DNA from: Phycisphaeraceae bacterium
GTDB taxonomy: Bacteria > Planctomycetota > Phycisphaerae > Phycisphaerales > SM1A02
Assembly (NCBI GenBank): GCA_019636755.1
Contig: JAHBWZ010000008.1
Span: 103,900 to 167,899 of the forward strand
Length of the DNA: 64,000 nt
Reading direction: 5' to 3'
This document shows positions 54,544-64,000 of the stretch, piece by piece (within the stretch, counting starts at the first letter, position 1; every line of letters starts with the position of its first letter). Both the position numbers and the translations under genes were made by a program. Under the pieces are notes generated by a model. The model made no database searches and was not told the origin of the DNA. It was given only the letters and a program-made list of their open reading frames with translations.

Positions 54544-55995
54544 ATGGGCGCGGGAGCATTGAACGAAATCTCGGTGACGATCTCGTCCGATCGGATGAGC
54601 GCCCGCGTTCGACTGCCTCCCGACCTGGATGCCAGGCAGCTGGATCGGACCGTGCTCGCGGGAATCGTGCGCGATGCCGGCGTGGAGGTGACGCCCGACG
54701 TCGAGGCGCGGGTGGCCGGGATGCTCGAGCAGCTCGCTCAGGGCGATCCGGAGCCGGGCGGCGTCGTCGCGGTGGGGACCGCCGCGGTGCCCGGTCGCGA
54801 CGGCTCGATCGAATGGTGTCCGGGGTTCGATCCGGACGAGGTGATCACCCTCGAGCGCGGTGACGACGACGAGGTGGACCACTACGCGCGGACGCGGGTC
54901 CGCACGGTCCGCAACGGTGATCTCATCGGCCGGCTGACGGCGCCTGACCCGGGGATCGACGGTCGCGACGTCACGGGCGGCACGGTCCCCGCGCGTCCGG
55001 GCCGACCGGCACCCCTGCGGATGGGCGACGGCGTGCAGGTGGACGAGGCCGGCGCCGTTCGCGCGCTGTGTGACGGCGTGCTCGATCGTGTCCATGGTGT
55101 CCTGTGCGTCTCGCCTGTCCTGGACATCGCCGGGTGCGTCGATTTCTCGACCGGCAACATCGACTTCCCAGGGCAGATCAATATCCGCGGCGACGTCCGG
55201 GACCGGTTCGTGGTGCGCGCGACCGGATCCGTGCACGTGGACGGGCTGGTCGAGGGTGCGACCATGCTCGTCGGCGGTTCGTTCACGCTGCGATGCGGCA
55301 TGGCGGCGAAGGAGCGCGGGCAGGTGGTCGTCGACGGCGACTGCGAGGCCGGATTCCTGAACAACGTCAGGGGCCGCGTCGGCGGATCGCTCGCGGTCCG
55401 CAACGAACTGATCGACTGCCACCTGGTGGTCGGCGGTAACCTGGCGGCGCCGGCCGCCTCCGTCGTCGGCGGAACGCTGGCGGTGACGGGCGAGGTCATC
55501 GTCAGTACGCTCGGATCGATCGGGGGCTCGCCGACGGAACTGATTCTCGAGGGCGCGCCGCTGCTGATCGCCAGGCTCGCCCGCACAGAGGACGTGGTCG
55601 AGCGCGGCCGGGAGGCGCTGGCGGCGCTGCGCGATGAACTGGCACAGCGGGTCCGGTCAGGGTGCGGCCAGAGCGTGCGGAACCGCGAACGCATCACGGA
55701 ACTCTCCGCCCTGATCGCCGAGCGCGAGCGGCGCATCGATGTCGCCGCCACGCGCGTGGAGGACCTCCGCCGGGAGATCCGTGCGGTGCGGCGGCTTCGG
55801 CTCACGATCGGCCGGATGCTGCACGCGCGCGTCCGCCTGCGCGTCCGCGGCGCGGTCTTCGAGGTGCAGCAGGATGTCCGCGGGCCCTTCACGGTGGAGC
55901 GATCGGGATCCGGTGCGGTGGTCCTGCGGCGCCCGGACGGATCGGCCCAATTGCTGTCGGAGGTGGTCCCGGTCGGCGGCCGGCGCGTTGCCTGA
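54544..55995 (+). CDS. FapA/DUF342 family protein (flagellar-assembly-protein-A-like)
   Basis: AGGAG 9 nt upstream of the ATG (alternative GVG at 54523 is GTG). VPGRDGSIEW, PGIDGRDVTGGTVPARPGRP, then a beta-helix-like GNIDFPGQINIRGDVRDRFVVRATGSVHVDGLVEGATMLVGGS... and a C-terminal coiled-coil-like segment. Confidence 0.75.
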   Translation: MGAGALNEISVTISSDRMSARVRLPPDLDARQLDRTVLAGIVRDAGVEVTPDVEARVAGMLEQLAQGDPEPGGVVAVGTAAVPGRDGSIEWCPGFDPDEVITLERGDDDEVDHYARTRVRTVRNGDLIGRLTAPDPGIDGRDVTGGTVPARPGRPAPLRMGDGVQVDEAGAVRALCDGVLDRVHGVLCVSPVLDIAGCVDFSTGNIDFPGQINIRGDVRDRFVVRATGSVHVDGLVEGATMLVGGSFTLRCGMAAKERGQVVVDGDCEAGFLNNVRGRVGGSLAVRNELIDCHLVVGGNLAAPAASVVGGTLAVTGEVIVSTLGSIGGSPTELILEGAPLLIARLARTEDVVERGREALAALRDELAQRVRSGCGQSVRNRERITELSALIAERERRIDVAATRVEDLRREIRAVRRLRLTIGRMLHARVRLRVRGAVFEVQQDVRGPFTVERSGSGAVVLRRPDGSAQLLSEVVPVGGRRVA

Positions 55996-56033
55996 GGCGG
56001 CGCGGTCCGGGCGGCGCCGGCCGGCGCGGTACC

Positions 56034-56843
56034 ATGGCCGGCAGCATGCGACTGGGCGTGATCATTCCCGCGGCGGGGGAGAGCCGGCGCTTCGGCGGCG
56101 GCTCGAAACTCGCACAGGACCTCGGCGGACGGCCGGTGCTGATCCGGACGGTGGAGATGTTCGCGCGGCTGGATCCCGTGCACACGATCGTGGTCGGTGC
56201 GCCGCCGGAGCCCGAGGCACTGGAGGCGTTCCGCGAGCGCTTCGGTCCGACCCTCGCGTTTCACGGTGCGTCGATCGTCCCCGGCGGACGCACCGCGCGC
56301 AGCGAGACGGTGCGCCTCGCGCTGGACGCACTGCCGGACGACCTCACGCACGTCGCCGTGCATGACGCGGCCAGGCCGGCGACGTCGCCGCAGCTGCTCG
56401 CCCGCATCCTCCAGGCCGCGGAAGCCTTCGACGCGGTGGTCCCCGGTCTGCCGGTCGCGGACACGATCAAGCGCGTGGAATCCGCGGTGGAAGTGGCCGA
56501 CGACTCGGGCGAGGACGGGCTCGCCGATGCGATCCTGGGCGACGCCGGTCGCATCCGCGTGCCGGCGCATCGCGTGCTGGAGACCGTGCCGCGCGACGGC
56601 CTGCGCGCCATCCAGACGCCGCAGGTGTTCCGCGCCTCGCTCCTGCGGGACGCACTCCGGCGCGCGACGACGGAGACCCTGACCGACGATGCCTCCTTCA
56701 TCGAACGGCTGGGCCTGCCGGTGCACGTCATCGACGGCGAACCGGGCAACATCAAGATCACGACCGAGGACGACCTGGTGCTCGTCCGCGCGATCATGGG
56801 CGCCGCGCCGCCGGCCGAGCGCCCGGCGCACCTGCGCTTCTGA
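56034..56843 (+). CDS. ispD: 2-C-methyl-D-erythritol 4-phosphate cytidylyltransferase
   Basis: VIIPAAGESRRFG...K, VHDAARP, VVPGLPVADTIKRV, IQTPQVF, NIKITTEDDL. It contains an insert (ESAVEVADDSGEDGLADAILGDAGRIRVPAH) relative to the usual compact layout. Confidence 0.85.
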   Translation: MAGSMRLGVIIPAAGESRRFGGGSKLAQDLGGRPVLIRTVEMFARLDPVHTIVVGAPPEPEALEAFRERFGPTLAFHGASIVPGGRTARSETVRLALDALPDDLTHVAVHDAARPATSPQLLARILQAAEAFDAVVPGLPVADTIKRVESAVEVADDSGEDGLADAILGDAGRIRVPAHRVLETVPRDGLRAIQTPQVFRASLLRDALRRATTETLTDDASFIERLGLPVHVIDGEPGNIKITTEDDLVLVRAIMGAAPPAERPAHLRF

Positions 56844-56987
56844 GCATCCAGGGGATCATGAGGATCCGGGTCAGGGGTCCTGCGTGCCGTTCCGTGCCCA
56901 GGGCGCGCCTGCTCGTGCGCATGCCCGGACACCGGACTCGGCGTCCGCGCTGCGTGTGGATTCGCCCGCAGGTTCAGGTCTGCGAGC

Positions 56988-57277
56988 GCAGGGGGGCTGC
57001 GCCCCCCCGCACCCCCCCTGGCGTGCCGGCGCCATGCGTGGGGTGGGGGCGTGTGAGCGCGCCGTCTGCGCCGGCGGTGTGACCGATCAGGTCGAGCCAC
57101 GGGTGGTCGCGGCCGCGCGCGCCTCTGAGCGCGCGCGAGGTGTCAGCAGACCGGCGCGTGGTTCCCGGCTCGGACGTCAGGCGCCTGGCGTCCGTCTGCG
57201 ACGTCAGCCACCAGGCTGGTCGGTTCACCACGCCACCGCCACGCAAGGGGGGGTGCGGGGGGGCGCAGCCCCCCTGC
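56988..57277. repeat. Dispersed, diverged copy of the composite hairpin repeat element (A-type hairpin ... core ... B-type hairpin)
   Basis: GCAGGGGGGCTGCGCCCCCCCGC at about 56988-57010 and GTGCGGGGGGGCGCAGCCCCCCTGC at about 57254-57277. They flank about 240 bp in the convergent gap between ispD and the 57377-59350 gene. Confidence 0.7.
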
Positions 57278-57376
57278 GTTCGCGTTTCAAAGATCTCGAG
57301 ATTCCCGGCGGTCGGCACGCATCGAGCGCCCCGCCCGGCCGCAGGACCTCGCGCCGGGCCCGCCCGCCACGGACCC

Positions 57377-59350
57377 TCAGCGGCGCTCGATCTCGCCGAC
57401 CGACCGCCCCTCGCGCGCTTCGCGCTGGCGGCGCAGTTCCTCCGCGATCAGCGCACGGTACTCCCGGAGTCCCGGCGGCTCGGGGAAGAGCTGGGCCACC
57501 GTGAACCGCTGACTGAGCTCCGAGCGGGCGAGCTGCTCGGCGACTCCGGGCATGATGTCGTCGTAGACGGTGGCGCGCAGGCCGGGCGCGAAGCGGTCGA
57601 TGCGCGACCAGATCGTGGCCTTCTCCTGGAGCTGGATCGACGGGTCGGTCATGAGCTGGCCGAACGCGGCGCGTCGGAGCGTGGGGAAGTCGTGCATCAG
57701 GTCGGCCATGCGGTCGACGCCGAACTTCTGGACGGTGAACCGGTAGTACTCGTTCTCCTTGAAGATCGTGATGACCTGCTGCACGAACTGCACGGCCTGC
57801 TGATAGAGCTCCTCGTTGTCGTTTGCCACGCCCATCCGGAACGCGGCCCGCATGGCGGCGACCGCCTCGCTGGGGGCCAGGTGCGGCTGCGACTGGTACT
57901 CGTCCCGGATCTGCTCGCGGACGAATACGTCCAGCGGCATGTTGTACTTGTTGTTCGGCGCGTGGGCGAGGCCGCGACCGAACCGCTCATCCAGCCGGTT
58001 CAGGAGGCTCTGTGCACGCGCCCAGTCGCCGCCGCGGTAGGCCTCGCGCACGGCCGAGGACATGAAGTTCTCCAGGAACGACATGAATGTCTCGCCGCCG
58101 GCGCCGCGGGCGTCGTAATACTTCGTGTAGAACTCGGCGAACACGCGATCGATCGTGTCGATCCAGCGCGGATCCGGGAACCGCACGGGAAGCTCGGAGG
58201 AGAACGGGTCGAACGTGATGCGGCCCCATCGCGCCAGGTCCTGCATCGCCTGGAGCTGGAGGCGGTCCGTGTTCAGCACGCGATAGAGTTCGTCCGAATG
58301 CATCGACCGCGTGTCCGCGAAGAGCGTGCCGCGGCGGGACCAGTAGAGTGCGTGCGCCTGGCCGTGACGCCAGTCGATCGGCCCGAGATCGCGCGTGAAC
58401 TCGTACATGAGGCGCGGATCCATGTTGTACTCGTCCAGCAGCACGCGCCGGCGGATGAAGGCAAGCAGGGCGTCCCAGGCCGGCCGGAGCGACTCGTCCT
58501 CCGCGATCGCGTTGAACGCGTCGAAGAACGGGCTGGTCTGGCGGACCTGCCGCGCGATGCCGAGGAGTTCCGCGGCGCTTTCCTTCTCCGTGACCGCCTC
58601 CCACAGCGCGTAGTTCATGAGGAAGCCGCGGGAGACGCTGAAGCGACCGGCCTCGCCGAACGGTGTCAGGCTCTGCTCCAGCCGGGTGATGAGCGACCGG
58701 ACCTCGGGCATGCGCGCCTGCAGTTCCTCGAGCGTTCCCGGTGCGTCCGCCACGCGCCGGATCCACGCCACGCGATCCTCCCACGCCTCCGGCGGGCGCC
58801 CCAGGAGGAAGTGCCACTCCTGGGCGAAGTTCCGCTTGTAGAAGAGGTGCGCGTCGTCGGCGTAGCCCTCGATCTTGTGCGCGTACCAGAAGGCCAGTTC
58901 ACGATGGAGGTTGACGTCGTTCGGATTGTGCCGGAGCCCCTGGTTCCGCACGAGCCGGATCCCGGCCTGCACCCAGTTCCACCGCTCCTCCTCCGTGTGG
59001 GTCGCGACGGAGATGTTGTACGCCATGTTGTGGCCGTGGAACGCCCAGACGGCGGCGAATCGCGGCTGGAGCTTCGTGATGAGTTCGGCGTCGGCCATCA
59101 CCTCGTAGAAGAGCCCGCGCTCCTTCATGAGGTTGACCTTCAGCCAGAGGATGTCGACGATCAGACCGCGCAGCGCGCCGATCGCCGTGCCGATGGCGAC
59201 CCACGGCGGTGCACCGTCGACCGGTTCATCCGTGTAGCGGAGGCCGCGCTGCTCCACCTGCCGGAGCATCCAGGGAAGCGTCGCGCCGCCGCCGGCGAAG
59301 CACGTGGCGGCGATGAGCAGGCACAGAAGCTGTCCGAGTCGTTCCCGCAT
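57377..59350 (-). CDS. Conserved-looking hypothetical membrane protein (657 aa), last gene of the SPFH-ABC operon
   Basis: Normal, Trp/Tyr/Phe-rich composition unlike GC-artefact ORFs. N-terminal TMs LLCLLIAATCFAGG and WVAIGTAIGALRGLIVDILWL, then a large helical domain. I did not recognise a family. Confidence 0.7.
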   Translation of the reverse strand: MRERLGQLLCLLIAATCFAGGGATLPWMLRQVEQRGLRYTDEPVDGAPPWVAIGTAIGALRGLIVDILWLKVNLMKERGLFYEVMADAELITKLQPRFAAVWAFHGHNMAYNISVATHTEEERWNWVQAGIRLVRNQGLRHNPNDVNLHRELAFWYAHKIEGYADDAHLFYKRNFAQEWHFLLGRPPEAWEDRVAWIRRVADAPGTLEELQARMPEVRSLITRLEQSLTPFGEAGRFSVSRGFLMNYALWEAVTEKESAAELLGIARQVRQTSPFFDAFNAIAEDESLRPAWDALLAFIRRRVLLDEYNMDPRLMYEFTRDLGPIDWRHGQAHALYWSRRGTLFADTRSMHSDELYRVLNTDRLQLQAMQDLARWGRITFDPFSSELPVRFPDPRWIDTIDRVFAEFYTKYYDARGAGGETFMSFLENFMSSAVREAYRGGDWARAQSLLNRLDERFGRGLAHAPNNKYNMPLDVFVREQIRDEYQSQPHLAPSEAVAAMRAAFRMGVANDNEELYQQAVQFVQQVITIFKENEYYRFTVQKFGVDRMADLMHDFPTLRRAAFGQLMTDPSIQLQEKATIWSRIDRFAPGLRATVYDDIMPGVAEQLARSELSQRFTVAQLFPEPPGLREYRALIAEELRRQREAREGRSVGEIERR

Positions 59351-59377
59351 GGGTGATCCGGGGCGCGGCGAAGGCGG

Positions 59378-61438
59378 TCAGCCCTGGCCACTGTAGGTGG
59401 CGAGTTCCCGCCGGCGGAGCACGATCCAGCCGACGACCGCCGCGAGGGCGGTCCAGAGAACCCCGATGCGCAGGCCGCTGCCCGCCACCTCCCGCCACGG
59501 GATGAGGCGTCCCTCGACCAGGCGCTGCGTCGGGTTGTACGCACCGAACGACTCCAGCATCATGACGATGAACATCGCGATGCCGCGCACCGCGGACTGG
59601 AACGCCCACTGCAGCAGCAGCGCGATGTCCGTGGGGTCGATGCGGCCGAACTCCGGCGGCTCGTAGAGTCGGAGCGAGAGTGCGAGGAACGGCGCGACCG
59701 TTCCCCCGAGGAAGATGGTGAAGGCGGTCAGGCATGCCACGGGGAAACTCAGGAACGTGGCGCACGCGATGGCGAGCATCGCGAGGAACGCCAGCTTGGT
59801 CCAGTGCACCAGCATGGCGCGGACGAAGTTCCCTTCGAACGAGCCGGCGCGATGGAGAACCTCGAAGTACTGTGCCTCGAAGTTGATCGAACCCATGCCG
59901 GCGGCTTCCGGCGGCGGCATGAAGAGATTGTGCACGGTGACCAGGAGTTCCCCGGAGGGCGAGATGAGTTCGGCGGGGATGGGCAGGACGTGCGTCATCG
60001 TCGGAACGAAGTCCCGGACGATGGACAGGTCGGGGTTCTCGTTGAAGATGAACTCGACGGGGAACGTGCGGTGCTCGTCGTCCCGCAGGATGTAGAACTT
60101 GTAGCGGAGCGAGACGGTCGTTCCCGTCGTTCGCGCGGCGCCCAGTCCCGTGAAGCGGTAGGTCCGCGCGGCCCCGGGCGGGACGCTGCGCAGGCCGGCA
60201 TTGAATCCGGCGATCACCTCTTCCCGCAGCGCCCGCCGCCGACCCGGCGGTATCTCGGCCATCGTCGAGAGAATCGGGTCGCGCTCGATGACGGCTTCCA
60301 CCCGCTGCCGGATCTGCTCCTCGGTGAGCCGGGGATACTCCGGTGCGCTGCCGACCCGCGCGGTCAGCACGCCGTCGCGCACCTGCTGGAGATCCTCGGC
60401 GCCGGGCAGTCCGGAAGCGACCGGCTGGGTCCGCAGGAACTGGATGAAGGTGAAGATGGACACGGCGGCGATGAGCAGCAGGATCGCGTTCACGGTGATC
60501 AGGCCGAGCCACTTCCCGACGAGGTACTGGAGCCGGTGGACGGGTCTGGTCATCACGTGCCAGATCTGCCGATCGCGGATCTCGAACGCGACGGTTGCGC
60601 AGCCGACGATCAGCGTGAGGCATGCCGCGACGTAGAACGTCAGCCCGAGACTGCGGCTGATGAACGTCTGGAGCCGGTACCGGAGCGGCGCGTCCGGGTC
60701 GAGTCCGAGCGGAAGCAGGGGCAGGAGGACCAGCAGCAGTCCGATGAACACCAGGGCGATGCGCGTGCGCGAGGCCTCGCGCAGCACGGTGTGCGCGACC
60801 GCGAGCGTCTGCCTGGGCGAGTCGAGCAGGAACGAGGCCACCCGGATCAGCAGGAGGAATGAGAAGGTCAGGAAGCCGATGCCGGCGACGGCGACCGCGG
60901 CCTGCGTCCAGCCGGCCAGCAGTGCCGGTCCGGCGACCGCGAGCGTCCCGAGCGCGGTGAGCAGGAGCTGCAGCGCGAGCCGCATGAGGACGATGAGCAG
61001 CAGCCACGCCGGAACGATGAGCGCGACGGTCCACGTGGTGGACGACTGCTCCAGCAGCCATCGCGGGATCCGCTCCGGATACCGGTCGCGCAGCAGGACC
61101 TCGGCGAGCGAGCCGGGCACGGCGATCCGGCCGCTCTCGTCGAAGATCAGGTCCGGGCGTTCCTTCAGGCGCGGATGTCCGTACTCGCGACCGCCCACGA
61201 CGACGGTCCCGTGCTCGCGGAGCGAGATCGCGATCTCGTCTCCCGCCGCGAGGCTTCCGCCGGTCAGCGCCTCCACCAGCCGCGCGCGCTGGGACGCGAG
61301 ATCCAGGCTGACGGCGACCAGCCATCCGGCCGCACTCCCGGCCGTCATCAGTACCAGCACGATGAGCGCGATCATCACCCCGCGCCGCCCCTGGAGCGCA
61401 TCGAGCCGGCGGAAGATCTGAAGCCACCGCGCGGTCAT
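59378..61438 (-). CDS. Large ABC-2-type transporter permease (686 aa)
   Basis: Many TM segments in two clusters separated by a large extracytoplasmic domain. FEIRDRQIWHVMTRPVHRLQYLVGKWLGLITVN resembles the ABC-2 N-terminal pattern. The start overlaps the ATPase stop (4 bp). Confidence 0.7.
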   Translation of the reverse strand: MTARWLQIFRRLDALQGRRGVMIALIVLVLMTAGSAAGWLVAVSLDLASQRARLVEALTGGSLAAGDEIAISLREHGTVVVGGREYGHPRLKERPDLIFDESGRIAVPGSLAEVLLRDRYPERIPRWLLEQSSTTWTVALIVPAWLLLIVLMRLALQLLLTALGTLAVAGPALLAGWTQAAVAVAGIGFLTFSFLLLIRVASFLLDSPRQTLAVAHTVLREASRTRIALVFIGLLLVLLPLLPLGLDPDAPLRYRLQTFISRSLGLTFYVAACLTLIVGCATVAFEIRDRQIWHVMTRPVHRLQYLVGKWLGLITVNAILLLIAAVSIFTFIQFLRTQPVASGLPGAEDLQQVRDGVLTARVGSAPEYPRLTEEQIRQRVEAVIERDPILSTMAEIPPGRRRALREEVIAGFNAGLRSVPPGAARTYRFTGLGAARTTGTTVSLRYKFYILRDDEHRTFPVEFIFNENPDLSIVRDFVPTMTHVLPIPAELISPSGELLVTVHNLFMPPPEAAGMGSINFEAQYFEVLHRAGSFEGNFVRAMLVHWTKLAFLAMLAIACATFLSFPVACLTAFTIFLGGTVAPFLALSLRLYEPPEFGRIDPTDIALLLQWAFQSAVRGIAMFIVMMLESFGAYNPTQRLVEGRLIPWREVAGSGLRIGVLWTALAAVVGWIVLRRRELATYSGQG

Positions 61439-62670
61439 GGTCGCTCCGTCTTCTTCGTCGCCTCCGCGGCGCCGCCGCCCGGTCCGGGCGGACCGCCGTC
61501 CGTTGCGCCGGGATCGAGCAGCGAGCGGATCACCGAGTCATCGACCGGGCGCCCGGTCCCGCGCGGCGCCGTCTTCTCCGACGCGGCGGGGCGCTCCTGC
61601 GGCGCCTTCGCGATGAGTTTCTCGATGACCTCCGGTCGGGCGGGCGCCGCCGCGGGCGCGGCGGGGCGCGGTGCCTGCGGCGGGGGTTCCTCGCCCGCGA
61701 CGAGCGACTCGATGAGGCGCCTGCCGTCGGTCTCCTCGGCGCGGAGGAATGCCGCGGTCTCGCCGCCGTGCATCGCGCCCGACGTGGCGACCTGTTCGCG
61801 GCGGGCGCGCTCGACGATCTCCAGGAAGAGCTGCTCCAGCCGCTGCCGCGGCGCTTCCACGCGCTCGATGCCCACGCCCTCGGCGTCCCGCAGGACCGAG
61901 TCGATGCGCGAGATCGTCTCCGTGCGCAGCCGCGGCGTCGTGATCACGGTGTGACTGAGGTCCGAGAGCAGTTCGCCCGCCGTCCCTTCCGCACGGATCC
62001 GTCCGCCGTACAGGATGACCATGCGGTCGCACACATCCTCCACGTCCGCGAGGAGGTGGGACGAGAGCAGGATCGTCTTGCCGCGCCGACGGAGTTCGAC
62101 CAGCAGGTCCTTGACCTGTCGCGTGCCGATGGGGTCGAGGCCCGATGTCGGTTCGTCGAGAATCAGGAACTCGGGATCGTTGATCAGCGCCTGCGCCAGG
62201 CCGATGCGCCGCGTCATGCCCTTGGAGTACTCGCCGACCGCGCGGTGTGCCACCTGCGTGAGGCCGACCATCTCCAGGAGTTCATCGGTCCGGCGCCGCC
62301 TGGTGCGCCGGTCCAGGCCGAAGAGCTTGCCGTAGTAGTCCAGCATCTCCCGGGCATTGAGGTACCGGTAGAAGTAGGACTCCTCGGGGAGGAACCCGAT
62401 GTACTTCTTGACCATCACGTCGTCCGGCGGCCGGCCGAAGACGAGCAGGCGGCCGCTGGACCGATGGAGCAGCCCGAGGATCATCTTGATCGTCGTGCTC
62501 TTCCCGGAGCCGTTCGGACCGAGCAGTCCGAAGATCTCGTTGGGCCGGATGGTGAAATCGATCCGGTCGACGGCGAGCGCCTTCGTGCGCATCCAGAAGT
62601 CGCGGAAGACCTTCGTGAGTCCGACGGCCTCCACGACCGCGACGTCTGCCCGGGACTGCTTCATCATCAC
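61435..62670 (-). CDS. ABC transporter ATP-binding protein with Pro/Ala-rich C-terminal extension
   Basis: Walker A GPNGSGKST, signature YSKGMTRRIGLAQAL, Walker B FLILDEPTSGLD, H-loop LSSHLL. About 110-aa low-complexity tail. Confidence 0.9.
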   Translation of the reverse strand: MMMKQSRADVAVVEAVGLTKVFRDFWMRTKALAVDRIDFTIRPNEIFGLLGPNGSGKSTTIKMILGLLHRSSGRLLVFGRPPDDVMVKKYIGFLPEESYFYRYLNAREMLDYYGKLFGLDRRTRRRRTDELLEMVGLTQVAHRAVGEYSKGMTRRIGLAQALINDPEFLILDEPTSGLDPIGTRQVKDLLVELRRRGKTILLSSHLLADVEDVCDRMVILYGGRIRAEGTAGELLSDLSHTVITTPRLRTETISRIDSVLRDAEGVGIERVEAPRQRLEQLFLEIVERARREQVATSGAMHGGETAAFLRAEETDGRRLIESLVAGEEPPPQAPRPAAPAAAPARPEVIEKLIAKAPQERPAASEKTAPRGTGRPVDDSVIRSLLDPGATDGGPPGPGGGAAEATKKTERP

Positions 62671-62691
62671 TGGCGTCCTCTCCGGTCTCGA

Positions 62692-64000
62692 TCAGTCACG
62701 GCGCATCGAACCCGCCTGCCGGTCGAGCTGGCGTCCGGCGCCGCTGCGCATGTCCTGGGCCCGTTCGAAGCGCGGGTTCAGCAGGTCGAGTCCGGCGACC
62801 GCGGCCGCGCGTTCGCTCCGATCGAGGCGCTGCTGCCGGCGCACCTTGGCGACCTCGCCGCTGCCGTTGAGGATGAGCCGCATGAGCCCGAGCCCGTCCG
62901 GGACGGCGAGCGTCTCCGCGTCCGGCCGGCTGCGGATGTAGCCGATCGTGTCGCTCCAGAGCTCCGCCCTGACGAGACTCGCGCTCTCCCGCCAGGTCGG
63001 CAGGAGGGCGGAGAAGCGCCGCGCCTCGTTGCCCAGCGTGCCCTCCACGAGGGAACGGTACGCGAACGCCTGCGAGATCCGCTCGGCGACCTCGCCCTGC
63101 ATGTCCGGTGCCTCGAGCATCGCGTTGATGCGGGCGAGGGCGGCGTCCGCGGTGTCGCTCTCGGCGCTGTCGACGGCGATCTGGTAGAGGTCGATCGCGT
63201 CGAGCAGGCGGTCCGCCTCGGTGCCGGCCAGTTCGATCAGCCGGCTCTGCGCCTGGCGCTGTGCATCCTCGATCAGCCGGCCGGCTTCGCTCCGCGCGGA
63301 CTGGACCTCCAGGTCCGCCTTGCGGATGGCGAAGACGGGCGTGGGGCTGGTCGGCGGGAACGAGATCTCCGCGACGCGGACGCCCGCGCCGGTGCGGTCG
63401 ATGAACGCCTGCGCGGCGGCGCGGAGATCGACGCGTTCCTGGTCTCCCATCTCCGTGAATCGCGCGAGCGGCGTGCGGGCGGCATGCAGCGTCACGGCGC
63501 GCATGAGTGCGATCTCGACCAGGCGGTCGCCGTCCAGGGACCCGGCGCGCGACGCGCGGTTCTCGACGGTCCGGATGAAGCCGATGGGGTCGTCGACCTC
63601 GTACTGTCCGCGGAGCTGGAGGTGCGCGATGTCGCCGTCGCCCGTGATGACGTACCCGTCGCCGCGGGTGTCGCCGCGGAACGGGCCGGGCTGCAGGAGC
63701 GTGGAGGTGAGCGCCGCCTCCACCGCCTGCTCGAACGACTGGTTCGGGCGCATGCGGGGCCAGAACGCGTACTCGAGTGCGATCGGCCGGTTGCGATCCT
63801 CGAAGATCAGGAACTCGCCGATCGGATAGGGGAAGATGCTGAAGTGGGCGCCGGGCTCCAGCGCCTCCCGCCCGGGCTCGCCGGCGATGCCGCCGAACTG
63901 GAGGCGCACGCCGGTGCGGTGCGTCTCGACGGTCTGGAAGCCGGAGAAGACGAAGAGCACCAGGAGCACGAGAATGACGAGCTGGAGGACGCGGTAACTC
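62692..64000 (-). CDS. SPFH/band-7 (HflK/HflC-like) domain membrane protein; N-terminus at or beyond the window edge
   Basis: Frame is open to the window end. Hydrophobic anchor LQLVILVLLVLFVFSGF, then VETHRTGVRLQFGG...LEPGAHFSIFPYPIGE...YVITGDGDIAHLQLRGQYEVDDP...GVRVAEISF...EAGRLIEDAQRQAQ, typical of the SPFH layout. Confidence 0.7.
   Translation of the reverse strand, partial: SYRVLQLVILVLLVLFVFSGFQTVETHRTGVRLQFGGIAGEPGREALEPGAHFSIFPYPIGEFLIFEDRNRPIALEYAFWPRMRPNQSFEQAVEAALTSTLLQPGPFRGDTRGDGYVITGDGDIAHLQLRGQYEVDDPIGFIRTVENRASRAGSLDGDRLVEIALMRAVTLHAARTPLARFTEMGDQERVDLRAAAQAFIDRTGAGVRVAEISFPPTSPTPVFAIRKADLEVQSARSEAGRLIEDAQRQAQSRLIELAGTEADRLLDAIDLYQIAVDSAESDTADAALARINAMLEAPDMQGEVAERISQAFAYRSLVEGTLGNEARRFSALLPTWRESASLVRAELWSDTIGYIRSRPDAETLAVPDGLGLMRLILNGSGEVAKVRRQQRLDRSERAAAVAGLDLLNPRFERAQDMRSGAGRQLDRQAGSMRRD

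Overview
Read by eye only, with no searches or computations. The window is very GC-rich, so long spurious ORFs occur in almost every frame and on antisense strands. I called genes by recognisable protein motifs, RBS/start context and operon geometry. The gene content and the recurrent C-terminal '...D.DGDG.V...DLL.LL..WG.C' dockerin/EF-hand-like modules point to a Planctomycetota (Phycisphaerae-like) chromosome; this is inference.

The backbone is housekeeping: serA, map, pheA, dxs, ispA, ispD, sufS/sufU, rluD, polX, tRNA-Arg(UCG) and tRNA-Leu(CAA). Accessory-looking content is interspersed with it:

1. The 3' half of an NHLM/NHLP-type double ABC bacteriocin/RiPP exporter. Next to it lie a TolC-like lipoprotein and an ECF sigma factor flanked by two Gly/Ser/Thr/Lys-rich, internally duplicated disordered proteins.
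2. A family of composite G7/C7-hairpin repeat elements. Four ~0.4-kb units form a tandem array at 42.3-46.4 kb. The array is split by a decayed IS66-family element that keeps intact inverted repeats and a perfect 8-bp target duplication. Dispersed copies lie next to tRNA-Arg and downstream of ispD.
3. An ExbB/TolQ/MotA-like proton channel fused to a TraB/GumN-like domain.
4. A tightly coupled operon: HAD hydrolase, a degenerate ~1150-aa indolepyruvate-oxidoreductase-family protein, and an NPP-type phosphodiesterase. An APH-like kinase gene is transcribed divergently.
5. A secreted tail-fibre-like protein with an endosialidase-chaperone (S74-like) C-terminus, plus a small coupled partner, with no phage genes nearby.
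6. Five secreted proteins carrying dockerin-like C-terminal modules. One is a ~10 x 47-aa repeat protein. Another is a HAF-repeat protein whose signal peptide sits in a different frame from its body.
7. A cheX / cheY-like / FapA(DUF342) cluster.
8. An operon encoding an SPFH protein, an ABC ATPase, a giant ABC-2 permease and a 657-aa membrane protein.

No rRNA, CRISPR array or cas genes were seen. The most unusual item is the repeat array with its hairpin modules. All functional calls need HMM/BLAST confirmation.
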